The notes beneath the pieces were generated by a model that worked only from the letters and a program-made list of their open reading frames with translations, had not been told where the DNA came from and searched no databases. Made by a program: the position numbers and the translations under genes. 64,000 bases of DNA, from assembly GCA_964016885.1 (NCBI GenBank), contig OZ024740.1:94860001-94924000 (forward strand). The letters run 5' to 3'. This DNA comes from Eledone cirrhosa. Its lineage: Eukaryota. Each line of letters opens with the position of its first letter. Position 1 is the stretch's first letter. Of the stretch, positions 12,600 through 26,671 are shown in pieces.

Positions 12600-14380
12600 T
12601 AGCTGAGAAACTAACCACTTCAAACTAACCAGGTCAATTTCCTTGATGTTACTTTCAATCTCAATACAGATACGATTAAACCGTTCCATAAACTAAATGA
12701 GAACATTAAATATGTAAATACGAGTTCTAACCATCCACTCTCTATAATTTCATCCATCCCTAGAAATGTTTCTCTTAGAATATCCCGCCTGTCGTCCAAC
12801 CAACAAACCTTCAAAGAACATGCCGAATATTATGATGATGCACTTAGGAAAGCCGGCCACCTAGATAATGTAGAGTATATAGTCAAAGATCACCAAAACA
12901 CCCAAAATAAATCACATAGGAGTAGAAATAGCACAGAATCACCACCATGCATACACTACCGCAATAGACACAATAATAGTCGCACACCACCAAACAGAAG
13001 GCGATGAAAGGAGTATATTTGGTACAACCCGGTCTATAACAACTCTATTAAAACCAATCTACCCTCAAAATTATTTCGATTAGTTAAAAAACACTTTCCA
13101 ACATCACATAAATATAATAAAATCTTAAACCCTAACACTATTCGACTTTCATATTCAACCGCCCCTAATATTGAACAACATATAAAAAAGCTTAACGTAA
13201 AACAGTTGTATAAACGCCTTCCAACACATAACAATACACGTAAAACATTAGCTATAACATGACAAAACAACAAACAACATCCTGTCCTACATAAGCAACC
13301 TCATCAACCCATCCATGGCAATACAACAACGCAAAATTATAATTGCAACTGTGTCCAACCAGGAATGTGTCCGTTGAACAATCAGTGTCTTGGACGCAAC
13401 ATCGTATACAAATGTACTATCGAATCGGATAGACAGAAGTGATACTATGTGGGATCTACAGCCACCTCCTTCAAATCACGCCTTTATAGACATCGTTACT
13501 CGGTAAAACATGAAAACCAGCGTTATGTAACAACACTCGCAGACAAGGCTTGGCAGCTGCGTGAAAATAACCAACAATTTCACCTAAAATGGGATATAAT
13601 AGTGGCTGCCCCCCCCCCCCCCCCCCATAATCCCATGGACAGGAATTTTGTAAATTATGTAATGTAGAATTATTTTGTATTATGAAATCCAAAAACATTT
13701 TATTAAATAACAGAATAGAGCGATCGTTATACTGTAACCATCGCTTAAAATCTACATTTTCATATTATAAATACTACCAGGATTGAACGCCTGTCTCTAT
13801 CCCCGTTTGATTGTCAAAATAGATATTAACATTCTTTATTAGTCTTAATTCTATCAACTCTTCTATTATTTACCTTTTAATACAAACTGCTATAGATAAA
13901 ATGAGATTTCTGATTTCTTGATTCAATTCCCTAATGCATATACCAGCTGGCATTGATGTTATTTAGTAGCAATCGAAATCTCCCCCTTCCCCAGTTGACA
14001 CTTTATAATTAATACTACTGCACCAAATGACCAGCCCTGTCCACTGTCCAGTTGGTCAAGTAGAGATTAAAATTGGCACTCCCAAAATTCTTATTTAGAT
14101 TTACTCATGGTATTCTCATTAGAATCCCATTATATACTTGTTTAGCAGTAAATTAATTTACCATCTGTCATATACTATCCCCTCTGTTTCTTCCTCTATT
14201 ACTAATATAAATACTTCAATTTTTCTGTTTTTATCCAATTTATCCAAAATCTCTGAAGAAGTGACAACTGATTATACATTTGCTATCGAATACTTGCTAA
14301 CATTATATGATTACGCAAGCAGCGATACATAGGTATTCAGTCTGTTACAGAAACATATGTCAATACCTAATAAATTCCTT
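12600..14380 (+). mobile_element. 5'-truncated Naiad-type PLE with 3' UTR
   Basis: VNFLDVTFNL; YVNTSSNHP; IFWYNP; CNC..CPLNNQCLGRNIVYKC..YVGST..FKSRLYRH; long-stem hammerhead-like motif near 14252-14361. Confidence 0.9.
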
Positions 14381-14960
14381 TTTTAAAAAAAGCACTTTAA
14401 TTTTATATTCATCCTTTCTATATATATATACATATATATATATAGGGGAGGGGGCATGTATGTTTGTTGGTAGTCACTGTTTCTGCACTGATTACACTGT
14501 CATGTTTGCTAATTTTCCTCGCCGCTCCAAAGACAATGCATCCTCCATCCTGCCGAACACATATTTAGAGGCGACTGTCGGTGGGATTTAAAATAACATG
14601 GAGATATATATACATTGAGAAGAGTATCCATCGAATATTTAAAAGAAAAAGGGGGACAATATTAATTATTTTAAACATTCTATCAACGTGGTTGCTTGCA
14701 ACCTTTATATATAATTATTATTTGTTAACAATTATGAAACACATTATTTTTCAAGTTGTTTTTGATACTCAATTAAAATATTAACATAATTCCATCTCCC
14801 AGAAGTATATTTATGATATAAATGACGTCGTTTACACGATATTATATACACAACTTCTAGTAATATATTGTTTCAAATCTAATAGAGATAATTGAAAATA
14901 TTCATAAATATATAGGATTGACTTGGAAGCCGCTTCACGCACAAACGCCCCCCCCCCACC

Positions 14961-15041
<81 letters not shown>

Positions 15042-15246
15042 TATATGTGTGTGTGTATATAGTATATGTATATATATATATCTATATCTATATATATATC
15101 TATATATATAGGGTGAAAGCAGCGATTCTTTGCTTAAACTTTAATCTGTTATTTTAATAAATATTTGCTCTACGGTTCTTATATATTTGATATATATTTT
15201 CCTTATCGAGCCCTCTTTGGATTTTAGTCTTCAATTTTATGATTAC

Positions 15247-15288
<42 letters not shown>

Positions 15289-15343
15289 TGTCCCCCTAAA
15301 TTATATACAAATATTTATTTGAATGCTGTTGAGGAGTGTTTGG

Positions 15344-15374
<31 letters not shown>

Positions 15375-15506
15375 TTATTAAAATAACAGATTAAAGTTTA
15401 AGCAAATAATCGCTGCTTTCACCCTTAACGGGATCTTCTATATGTTTGATATATATTTATCCTTATCGAGGCCTCTTTGGATTTTTGTCTTCAAATGTAT
15501 TATTAT

Positions 15507-15578
<72 letters not shown>

Positions 15579-16449
15579 TGTATATATATATACATATATG
15601 TATATATGTATGTATATATACTGACTTTTTTTCTCATTTCCCCTCTCTTTACGTTGCCCCACCATTTTTGTTTGTTCACCTGTCTCTCTTTCTCCACCCA
15701 ATTCTTTTTATCCCAATAACTTATTTTAGTTATTGATCCGCTAGCCTGAGGCATCTGATCTTCCATGCGAAGAAATACCTATGAAGGCTAGTAGATCACT
15801 GATGAAGGATAGTCACGGCTTCTCTTTCTAATTTGTACTGCAAATATATCACATCGCAACACAACAGCACGCCATTCTTCATTCCTATATGCTTTCCCCT
15901 TTGCTGCGACGTGTCTTTTTCTCTTCCCTTACTTCTATCCTATTGCTTTCTCCCTCCTTCTCTCTCATTTTCCCTCTTACTTTCATTATCGCCCCTCTGC
16001 TGCTCACCCTCTCTTGGCTAGCCTCTTCCGCACACTTTCACTCACTCACTCTCCGCTACTCACCCTCTCTCACTTCTTCCAACGTCCGGCAGCGTACGAA
16101 ATTCTTTTTTCGCTCACTTTTCGCACGGCACGAATGGTCTTTCGTCTTGTCGTCAATGTTCGCAAGTTCTTATGTTCGAATGAATCACTGACTTGATGTT
16201 CTAATTTTTCCTCTCATTACGTTGCCTAACCCTTTTTGTTTGTTCACCTGTTTCTGTTTCTGGGATTATCATGTCGTTCATATTTATGATTTTCCCGTCT
16301 TTCCTAGAATTATTAAAGCATATAATGGCTGTGTGATAACAATGTTTTCATTAACTTCTCTTTCGAAATTATATTTTGTTTTATAAAATATTATTTTGAA
16401 CTAATAAAAGCCTTCCTAATCACATATTTTTTCTTATATTATAATCTGT

Positions 16450-17700
16450 GTTCGTATTTACTGTGCTTTACCTTCCAGTGAACGTATTGAGCATTTTATA
16501 AAAGCCTGTTCAATAATTATAATCAAGATCTATTTCCTCTTTACTTGCTTGTAGAAATAAACGTCTGGCAGATTGGCAAACAACAATGATTTCATCATAG
16601 AGATATTTACTATGTACTGTTAATATATAGAAAAGACTTCACGTATGAATATCGTATTCGTATTTTCAACAGTTTCGCCAAATGCCGCTCAATACATAAC
16701 GAAACAATAGAAATGTACGGAGGCCTCTTTTCGATAATACACATGTTAGAACATAGGTAATAAGCATACACTTGCGAAACAATTGAAATAGACACCCAAA
16801 CCCTTGATGTAACAGGTAAATTAAAAGCAAATCGGACACATCATTATAAATAACAGAAATATAGCGATCAGCAAATTATGCTCATGAGAAACGTAAACTG
16901 CGCAGTGAACACTGTAACAGCGCCGAGTCCAATGAAGCAGGGCCGTGTTCACAAGGGATGGAATATATGAGGCTGTACCAACTTCAAATATTATAAAAGC
17001 TGGTACAATTAATGTACAAGCTTGTGCATTCGGTCTTAAGTGGTAAGAAATAATGTGTAAAAGTTAAACTCATACTCTTCAATTCGGTATTTGTGGTAAC
17101 TCTTACCTGGCCTGGGATGACCATCTATCCCGGTACAACTTCTAGTCTAATACCATCTATATGGCATAGTCTGGTCCGACATAATCGGATGCTGGAATAG
17201 TTCCAATTCCGAGACCCTTTTATATATGACGGAGAATATAGGCCAGTCGAGATGACAGACTGCCAAAGTGCATTTTGTGGCACCCCAACGACTGGCTGCA
17301 TTAGTTGTAGAAACAACACGATGATATGTTCATTAATAATGATGGCTGCTACGACACGGCACCCTCACTATACCGAATGCTAATAACAAAATTCTCATGA
17401 TATTTTGTATTAGCCACATTTGGAAAACTTCTATGATACGAGAGTCCTATTTTAAGTGAACATATTTCACAACATAATTACATATGCAGTCTAACTTTCA
17501 AAATCATGATTGGAGTTCTCATGATAAACTGCAGGAAGATAGTGTGTGTATAATCAGACTTTGTGACTGAACGATATTCCATAGTAAGACATACATCTTG
17601 CAGAGACCCAGTGAAGTAATATGTTTCGTTAAAATGTCCATCTGATTTTTGACACCTTAATTACTAATGTGAACGTCTGTAATCAATATATTAATTATTC
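16450..17700 (-). pseudogene. Decayed intronless Cys-loop (nAChR-like) receptor, copy A
   Basis: Stitched frames in canonical order: SLS*ELQS*F*KLD..VVKYVHL; YSEGAVS*QPSLLMNISSC..CHKMHFGS; LRPNAQACTLIVPAFII (M1); FIGLGAVTVFTAQFTFLMSII (M2); VSISIVSQVYAYYL..KRPP..LAKLLKIR (M3/MX). Many stops and frameshifts. Confidence 0.65.
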
Positions 17701-18689
17701 GCCTTATTGATTATTCATACATCATTTCTCTAAACATGTGCATGTTTGCTTTGTTGTTTGATGCTGCACATTCGATTATTATAACATCGAAACCCTTCGT
17801 GCGTCGTGAAATATCGATTGGCAGGCTACTCCTCTTAAAGAAACACAAACACAGCAAACCACAATATGTAATTCAGTATATTGTGATATCGTCAATGATC
17901 ACATCTCTTAATCATGCATTTTCAATCAGTTAATTATGTAACACAATAACAATAACTAGTGTATTTTAACTAATATATTTTCATAGTCTTTCTATTTGCC
18001 GTTGCCATAGTCAAAATAATTTATCCTTCTTTTCATTGGTATTTTAAGACAAATATTCGTTTCAAATTGAGTTTTCAAAGAAGGGATTTTGTGAAGGAGA
18101 TTTCTTCTACGATTCACTTGGATTTGAAAGATCTCTGGAAAAACACACATACACTAACCAAAATAACATGAACATTTGTTTCCATATGTCTTCATTCCTC
18201 TCCAATTCCTTGAAGTTCCACTGAGAATGGACTTAAAAATAGAATACATATTCATATTTTAGATTCTAAGGCAGAACTGGTAGAGCTTCATGCAAAAGGA
18301 TGTAACCGATTATTGCGATTGATGTAATTAACCAAATTTGCTCTGCTTACAAGGTCGATAAAAAGAACTGAATATTTTCTCTCCTACATTTATTTACATA
18401 AATTGTTATCTCATCTAGATTTAATATCAATTAATTTTATTTTACAGTTGTTTGGTTCTGGAAAGTATTCTTGTAATTTGATATATAAGAGGCTAGTTTT
18501 AATTTAATACTAGGCACCTCTCACAAACATACAGGCTTATATAAGATTTTAGAAAGGTAATCTTTTCTATGGCGCCAAAATACGTTTTCCTTAATTTACA
18601 ATTCTTTAACACTACACAACATTGTCTTAATTATTCTATTCCAGAGCATATTGATTTACAAGAGAATCTAAGCTCATTATATAAATCTG

Positions 18690-18856
18690 AGGGGCGGACA
18701 CCAGGCTTTGCAGCATAGAGTTATGGTCCTTTACCTACTGAATTCAATTCCCGCTGAGGTTAACTTTACCTTTCATCCTTACAGGGTCGATAAAATAAAG
18801 TACCAGTAATACACTGGGATAATGGCTGGCCTTGTGTCAAAAGTAGAAACAATTAT
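18690..18856 (+). mobile_element. Octopus-type SINE with target-site duplication
   Basis: Same body; attatataaatctga flanks both sides. Confidence 0.88.
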
Positions 18857-19399
18857 ATAAATCTGAAATGTCACAAATTATTTCATAAAAACACTCGTGT
18901 TTTTACACATATACTACTATATTCAAAACAAGATTTGCAAAGACAACGGAAAAAACGTACCCATGACAATACCTTTACATATGTCGACATTTTGATAACT
19001 TAGTCGCAAGGGACATTCTTTCAAACTGATATGATTTAAAATGTTCATCATCTGCATTCTCTGTCTTTTCTTCATTTTCTTTCTCTCTACTCGTTGTGTC
19101 TGCCTGTGAAGGACAAAACCAAACTGAGTCTCATAACTTCACTTTCACCTATGCGTATAGATTCTCTTCTGTTGGGCTTTGTTTAAATCACTTATTTTCT
19201 GTTGCAGCACATAGGTCTATAGTGAATTTATTTCGTGTATAAATAGTCGAAAGACTAATCATTCTCTCTTGTCTCGGTTTTATACTGAGCTATGTGCACT
19301 GGGGCCAGTGATATTGATTAAAATGGATCTTAAAACTCCGAACGATGAGAAGACACTCTTCTTTCTTCCGTCCATTTTCCGGCTACGGCTAACAATTTT

Positions 19400-20780
19400 T
19401 GAATTCAGTCTTATATTTGTATATACATATACACGGTGCCTTCGATTCTTAAGTCGATTCACTGTGGATATTGGGTATCCGTTCGTCTTCAGTACAGCTA
19501 TGAAGTATGAAGTGTGAGTGATGTGGTCCTCTGTCTTGCTACATTTATTCCGGATACGGGTAAGTTAATTTCTTATGTGTCCGGTTTTAGCACCATGGGG
19601 AAGAGCTGATCTATAATGCGCAAACAGGTCTCTGCTGGCAGCTTTCTTATAGAAGTTGGTGAATATAGTACCTTCATATTTTACTCTATGTTGGAAGTCC
19701 AGGAGGAGAGAAGGAACTATATTTATCGGACAATTCTTTGCTAAATCCTATGTTGTTATCTGTGTTTGGAAATGCCGTAGATAATATGCCGGCCTCTTCA
19801 CGGGATAATGTGATGATGAGTACACCGTCTATGTATCGGTTGAAGAAAACACAGGAGCGGCAGGTGTTGAGCGCTCGGCGTTCCAGTTGTTTCATATAGG
19901 TTATGGCTAGAAGGCATGAAGGACTGGAACCCATGGGTAGGCATGTTGTTTGTTTGTATGTGTGGCGGTGGACAGTGAAATATGTATTTTCTACGATGAC
20001 TAATAGAAGCTGATGTATGTCTTCTGGAATGAGTTCGAAGCAGTATTTTTCATATGAAATGATACACTCAGTCACGATGTTTACTGCAGGACTACTGTCA
20101 TGTACGTCGATGCTAAAGACACATATGTTGAGTTTAATTTATTTAGATTACAGTTAATCTCGTCTTTGTATGAATTCGTCGGATTTGCTGACATGTCCAG
20201 GAAAAGAAGCAAGGATAGGCTTGAGGATCTTGGAGGGGCACCAGGAGATTTTATACAGGGGCCCTTTTATAATCGAGACAAATGTTACAATCTATAGATC
20301 AACACAGATCATGTGTGTTTTGATGAGTAGTCTGCTGTTTCTGGTGGTGAGGTCGTATTTATAGCTGTCCACGTCAGCAGATATCCGTATAAGTGGTGAT
20401 GATGTGATCTTCAATCTGGGATGCAGCTGTTTTCGTCACTTCTGTATGTAGTTCACCATTTGTAAGCTGTTCATATGCCAAGCTGTTGTATGTGTCCCTC
20501 GAGATGACGCACAATTCTTTCCCCTTTTTGGAAGGAAGTCATACGAGGTCCTTTTCTCGCATGTTGTTTAGGTTGAGGTCATCTTTCCTGGAGAGGTTAG
20601 GTCTTATGATTCAGTAATATGCTAAAAATAGACTGCTCAAGTCTGGAGAGTGTGAGGTCAAGCTATCGGTTGATAGGCTGTGGAGAGAGTGGGTGGTCTA
20701 AGTGTTATATAGAACATTGAGTGTTGTTCATTGCAGTAGTAGTGTTGTTGTCAATGGCGTTGTTTATTACTGAGCGCCAT
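19400..20780 (-). mobile_element. Degenerate Penelope-like RT (non-Naiad type)
   Basis: KGERIV; ENTYFTVHRHTYKQTTCLPMGSSPSCLLAITYM; FFNRYIDGVL; LKTNGYP. Confidence 0.88.
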
Positions 20781-21049
20781 TTAAGTTGGTAGGTAGCTTG
20801 GCAATATCTGGCTATAAATTGATATTATCACAACCACCTCAATCTCAAGAAGAAACGCCTGAATGAAAATACCTATAGTTTTTTGCAACTGACCACTAAT
20901 TCCCCAAAATAAAATGTGCATAAAATATCTTCTCAAGTTTTATATTGTTAACGTGAACCTAATATGTCTGTATCATTTGAAGGTGAGTTTATATATATTA
21001 CTTATGTATATTGCTAATCTATTTAATGCATTTAGTGTTAATTTATATG

Positions 21050-22400
21050 AAGAGAGTAAGAGACATATCATCAAATATATAGCTATGCATACAGATATAA
21101 AAAAGAAAATTTCGCTCAACATGGCTGAATATAATACATGTAATCTGAGCTTTTCGAATATTAATAATAACATTCGATTCGTTTGCAATTTTGCAAACAA
21201 GCCGCAATTTTATAGCCATGTCAGTAGAATGAACACTTTATTCTTGCTCTTATGTTGGCATGCGAAAAGAACTGCAGACACTAATGTTTCTGGGTATCAA
21301 CATTCATTAGTACAGCTCACTGTTCACCTGCCAAACTGTCAGAGCTAGTAAAAATATATGCTATTTTCAAAAATACATTGACTGATCGGCCTGATTTGCA
21401 TATTGGCAGATTGGCTGATCAGTCAGATCTGCATATCAGCAGATCCACTGATCAGCCATATTTGCATATCTGCAGACTGGCCAGTGCGCATGTATAACTT
21501 ATGCATATGCATGAACTCTTAAAGCTCGGGATTATTGCACCGTGAGAATTCGTTATTTGAATGTAAATACCCAGGACAAGCACTTATAATGATGTATTAC
21601 CTAGGCTTCTGTCTTTTCATTTTAGAAAGATTACTGTATAGCCAATATGGGTAGAGAAGCTCTATGAATTAATGGTAATATATTATCGAAAATGTTAAAC
21701 CACATTCTTATGACACATTTACATGGATATATTCATATTATTTTCGTTGTATAACAATAAATTTAAGAAGGAAATAGCATCTGTTAAAATGTGTTGTATA
21801 TGCAGCTGGTAAAATAAGTGAAAATGAAGATACGATGTCATCATTTTTTTTGTTGACGTCAACGCGCACTGACAGATATCTTGTAGAACACATAATCGTA
21901 GCAAAATCTGCTTTTCACAAGAACACAATGCAGAGTTCGACAAATTACGATGGCATTAGAAAAGGTCACTTGCGAGAATGTAATCAGAACTTTGGATTGG
22001 CCTTTGACTTCATCTCAAATACATTTTTATCGTTATTGTATGTGCGATGGATTCTGACAAAAATATGCAACATTCACATAAATTGATTGTTTGATGTCCT
22101 GTTCCTTGAAATAATACGCAATTACACACGCAGTCAAGCATACATGCATAGATTAGTGTAATGAGGGTTAGACTCGAAATTGTGAGGATGGGAATTCGAT
22201 TACTGAAACGGTAGTGTGTTTTTAATTAAAACACTTAATTTGTCAATAATCACGCTTAAAATGTGATAGAAATGAATTGCAAATTCCATGATGCCAAGCT
22301 GTATCAGACATTGCCTTTCCCTTGGTCAACATCGGTGACGTAGAGAAGCGAGATCGGTATGCATGGGCGACTGCTGATTTGCAGCAAGTAAACTTGTCGC
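21050..22400 (-). pseudogene. Decayed intronless Cys-loop receptor, copy B (most complete)
   Basis: [19 protein letters not shown] (ECD); YDYVFYKI; FSLILPA (M1); FNIFDNILPLIHRASLPILAI (M2-M3 loop); VLVLGIY (M3); YSAMLSEIFFFISVCIAIYLMICLLL (M4). Span of ~1.35 kb fits an uninterrupted subunit. Confidence 0.72.
21380..21483. repeat. 33 bp x3 repeat in the presumed M3-M4 loop of copy B
   Basis: ctgatc.g.c..at.tgcatat..gcaga.... three times. Confidence 0.8.
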
Positions 22401-22556
22401 GTCTTTTTCTTCGAGTGTGTGGGGGGGGGGGGGGGATTCTGAATGCGATTCCCCTAGCCATTCGTGAGAAAAGAAGATTTTACGATATGAATACACACAC
22501 ACACATATATATATATATACACATGTATACATATATATACATATGTATATATATAC

Positions 22557-22621
<65 letters not shown>

Positions 22622-22665
22622 TAATTCAAAATATTAACAAAGTAGATATTCTTGTGATCAATTAT

Positions 22666-22730
22666 ATTTTATTATACATATTTCAGAGGTACTGAGTTAA
22701 GTTCAACAGTAAGTCCTCATCAGATAAAAT
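22666..22730 (-). ncRNA. Type I hammerhead (AUUUUAU stem I family)
   Basis: AUUUUAU CUGAUGA ggacuUACUG..CAGUAccucu GAAA UAUGUA UA AUAAAAU. Confidence 0.72.
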
Positions 22731-23018
22731 AAAATGATACATGACATACACTGACATAGTAGATAGTTAAGATTCAGTCATGGTAGTGATTAACTTATGA
22801 CAAAACTCAATATGTATACCCTAATATTGAGAACATGAGATAACATAATACAACAATAGAGAGGATGCGTGTAATAGAGTATAAGAAATGCATGGCATCA
22901 ATATAATAGTTATAAATATTTTTTAAATAAAAAAAAAACTACTGGAGAAAGAGGAGGAAACAGTTGATGTGATAATATATTTAGTAGGTGGCTTGAAAAA
23001 AACAGATGAAAGATGATT

Positions 23019-23119
<101 letters not shown>

Positions 23120-23329
23120 AAGGGGAGTAATTTATGTTCAATTTCATATACACATATTTCCATATAAGCAACACAAGTCCAGAATAATATATTTGGCGGT
23201 TAATTTTCAAAAATATTTAATTTAAGTTATTTCAGGATAATGAATAATATTTTAGGTTGTAAAAGTTAATATGTATTTGTATTAATATTATAATATAATT
23301 ATGTTTAATTTCTTAAATTCAAATTTTAT

Positions 23330-23960
23330 GAAAACAAATTTAAAGGATTTACGAAACACGAGAAAGCGAATATATATATAATATTTTATATCCTCACGAA
23401 TTGAATTCTTTAAACATTAAGACCTTAAACTAGAGGTAGAAAGTGGTACCAAAACAGTTAATTCCCTTGATATTACCCTTAACTTAAACTCTGGTTTTTA
23501 TTACCCTTTCCATAAGCCCATTGAAAACATAAATTACGATAATTATTACTCTAATCACACTAAATCTGTGAAAAAAGCAATTGTAAATAGCGTACAAAAA
23601 CGCATAAATGGAATATCTGCCAATTAATCAACATTCGATGAAAATGCAGGATATTACAATGATGCGCTAACAAAGGCAGGTTATAAAAATAATATAGAAT
23701 ATATAGACACTAATAATCCGAGTCTTAATCATGATTAAAATAGTGGCATATATAAACAAAATTCTATAAATTCTAATAATTGTAATTCCAACAACTGTAC
23801 TGAAAAGAACCAGAACTAAATCAGTTATATGCCCCCCCCCCCTGCTTCTGTAGCAGTAAGAACACCAATAGCTAATATATTTTCTAAAGCTTTAGATAGT
23901 TCATTCCCTAGTCAACATTAATACCACTCCATATTTAATAGTTACACACTTAAACTGTCT
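23330..23960 (+). mobile_element. Naiad-type PLE internal fragment
   Basis: LDITLNLNSGFYYPFHKP..SNH..VQKRINGISAN..YYNDALTKAGY. Confidence 0.8.
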
Positions 23961-23966
23961 TATTTG

Positions 23967-24063
<97 letters not shown>

Positions 24064-24164
24064 TATGTATTACGAAATATTATGAGATATGTAATACATG
24101 AATGATAAGTTTCAGACACTTATTGCTTTGTAATTTATTATTATTAATTGGATACTACAATTAC

Positions 24165-25660
24165 ATCAAACACAGATTTGCGTGTATACTGACATCGAGT
24201 GCTTGTTCCAGTTTCCAGTTTCCAGCAATATATACTGACCGATATTTGTGACTGCAAATATAATAATGCAATGATTGATTAACAAGACATAACATTATAT
24301 GAATATATGGGTGTGTGTTGTGTGTGCTTTCATATTTGTTTGCATGCGCATGCATATGTGTGTATGTGCTTATACATTGGGTACCGCATTCTACAAATAA
24401 AAACACCCGCACGATTTATGTTACAGTACATAACTTTTGACCATATTCTGTTTCTCATTTCTCATTTTGTCCTATATTCTCAATTGTATTACATCGTTGT
24501 TTGTTAGTCGTCTGCGCATTTGAATATGTGTATGTATAAGTGTACTCCGCTAGGCCCTTCGTGCTTCCGCGTTACATAATACTTAGTAATGTTATTCGAT
24601 TCGTTATAAATGCTCATTTTTCATAGACAGTCTCGATTCTAGAAATATGTAGACATAATTCTAATAGGTGCCCTGACATCTTCTGCGAGTAGACTACATT
24701 TGCAAATTATTTTGATATAAAGATATGGCTCTTTGTATGGAATATTCAGTTGTAGTACTGTATGATAGGGAGTAATCATCCTAATATAAATACCTTTAAT
24801 ACATCATGATAGATTAGACTGTATTTAAAATTGGAAACTGGATATAAATACATAACCGTCTTATAAGTGTTTCAATGGAGACGCCTTATAATGTATGTTA
24901 GAACAATGAATTTAGTTATAGAAATCAGCTAGTTACCTCCCCTTACGCATTAACTCCCCTTAATTACACACATACTTTCGGATAATAAACAGCTGTAAAT
25001 TCTCGCAGCAGAATCAACCTATTCTATAAAATTGGATTAAATAACACCGAGCCGCAATAAGCTAAAATAATTTAATTTAATGCATCAAATATTCAATAAG
25101 GAATCATCGTTACTTATGTTATGGATGTAAAAAACTATGTATACTTTTCCTGAATGTGAAAATGGTGGTGGATACGAAAACCATAACTTTCTTTTGCTTA
25201 TCATTTTTTATTTTTATTTTTCTGCACACATACTTTTTTTATTATGAACAAACATTAACTTACCACTACAACCTCTATAATACTCTTACTTACCCGCTTA
25301 AAGTGCTTGTATTACATGTAACACCCTGCCGCACAATAATCATATATAAATGAGACAAACTTGCATGCCCCACGTGAAACTAACGCATACACTAACTACT
25401 ACATCTGACTAACAAACTATCCTCTTGCATTATCTATGTTAACTGCCGAATGTATTTTCATGTTGTATTTTAATTTTGTTTTGATTTTGAATTTGAATTG
25501 CTATACAGAAATAATATAGTATAATGTATGTCACTCCACTGTACATCAATATATACATATGTATATGTATGTCTCTTGCGTTGGAAAGGAGGTCAATTAT
25601 GTGTACAAACATTGAAAAATGGTCCGAAAACGCCAAGCCTACGTTTGGATGAAACAATTA
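24165..25660 (-). pseudogene. Decayed Cys-loop receptor, copy H
   Basis: NVGLAF..HIIDLL (beta1-2); TYIIRRL..YPVPILN (pre-M1/M1); APIRIMSTYF (M2-M3/M3); NWKLEQALD (pre-M4). Confidence 0.6.
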
Positions 25661-25716
25661 TGACTGAATAAATGCTTTGAACATAGCATTGATTCTTGTG
25701 AATTCTATATATACAT

Positions 25717-25789
<73 letters not shown>

Positions 25790-25793
<4 letters not shown>

Positions 25794-26150
25794 TTTTGCG
25801 AGGTTTTTGATATGAAATCGTGTGTCGAAACAAATATCGTTTTACATGGAGAGGGTCATATTTGTGTAATAATATTGCCAGAATTAATAACAGAACACAC
25901 TCACTGTTTGGTTGGTTTTCGCTTCTGTGACTTTTATATCGGTTATTTAAATTTATTCGGTCCTCAATGTTACCATTGACTGACCAACGGTCAAAAATAC
26001 AGATACAAATATAGACACAAACACACATATATATATGGCAATATTGAGGACCGAATAAATTAAATTAACCGTTATAAAAGACAAAGAAGCGAAAACCAAC
26101 CAAACAGTGAGTGTGTTCTGTTATTAATTCTGGCAATATTATTACACAAA
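25790..26150. repeat. Dispersed pLTR-like family (ggagggtcata...cagaacacactcactg), here as an inverted pair
   Basis: Other copies at ~8675-8705, 39533-39700, 52344-52500 and 52835-53030. Confidence 0.8.
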
Positions 26151-26585
26151 TATATATATATATGTGCAGTGTGGTTAAGTACATTTGGGTATCTTTGATT
26201 GAGTGTATGTGTATGTAGATATGTGCATGTGTGTGCCCCAATACAAACATGTACGCTCATACATGTTTAGAATATTGTCTGAAAATATGGTGCATTAATT
26301 CATGAAATATGAAATTATAAAATGATATAATAAGTTTCCCCATTCTGTTGAACTATGCGTATTATATTAGAATTGTGTTAGTAAATCTAGGATGTGATCC
26401 TCTTATATAATGTACCAAGGGAATTAACGACATAAATATGAACAGTACACATCCAATATGTGTCCACAAATACCATATATCATTATATATTATGATATCA
26501 TACGTAGAATAATAATAAATGTTGCATATACACACATACACCGATACCCACCCATACACACACACATACACACGTACACACACAT

Positions 26586-26671
<86 letters not shown>

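Noticed and set aside
13340-13420. Selenoprotein-type Naiad (in-frame TGA at conserved Cys)
   Set aside because: The Cys positions inspected here, at ~3340-3390 and at ~33900-33950 are ordinary TGT/TGC codons.
15735-15810. Hammerhead-like motifs CTGAGG and CTGATGA
   Set aside because: The core is incomplete or has no matching stem II and GAAA.
17100-17390. Tc1/mariner DDE fragment on the plus strand
   Set aside because: No convincing motif; the minus strand fits a Cys-loop ECD better.
18140-18205. M4-like EDIWKQMFMLFWLVYVCF on the minus strand
   Set aside because: An isolated motif with no upstream landmarks found.
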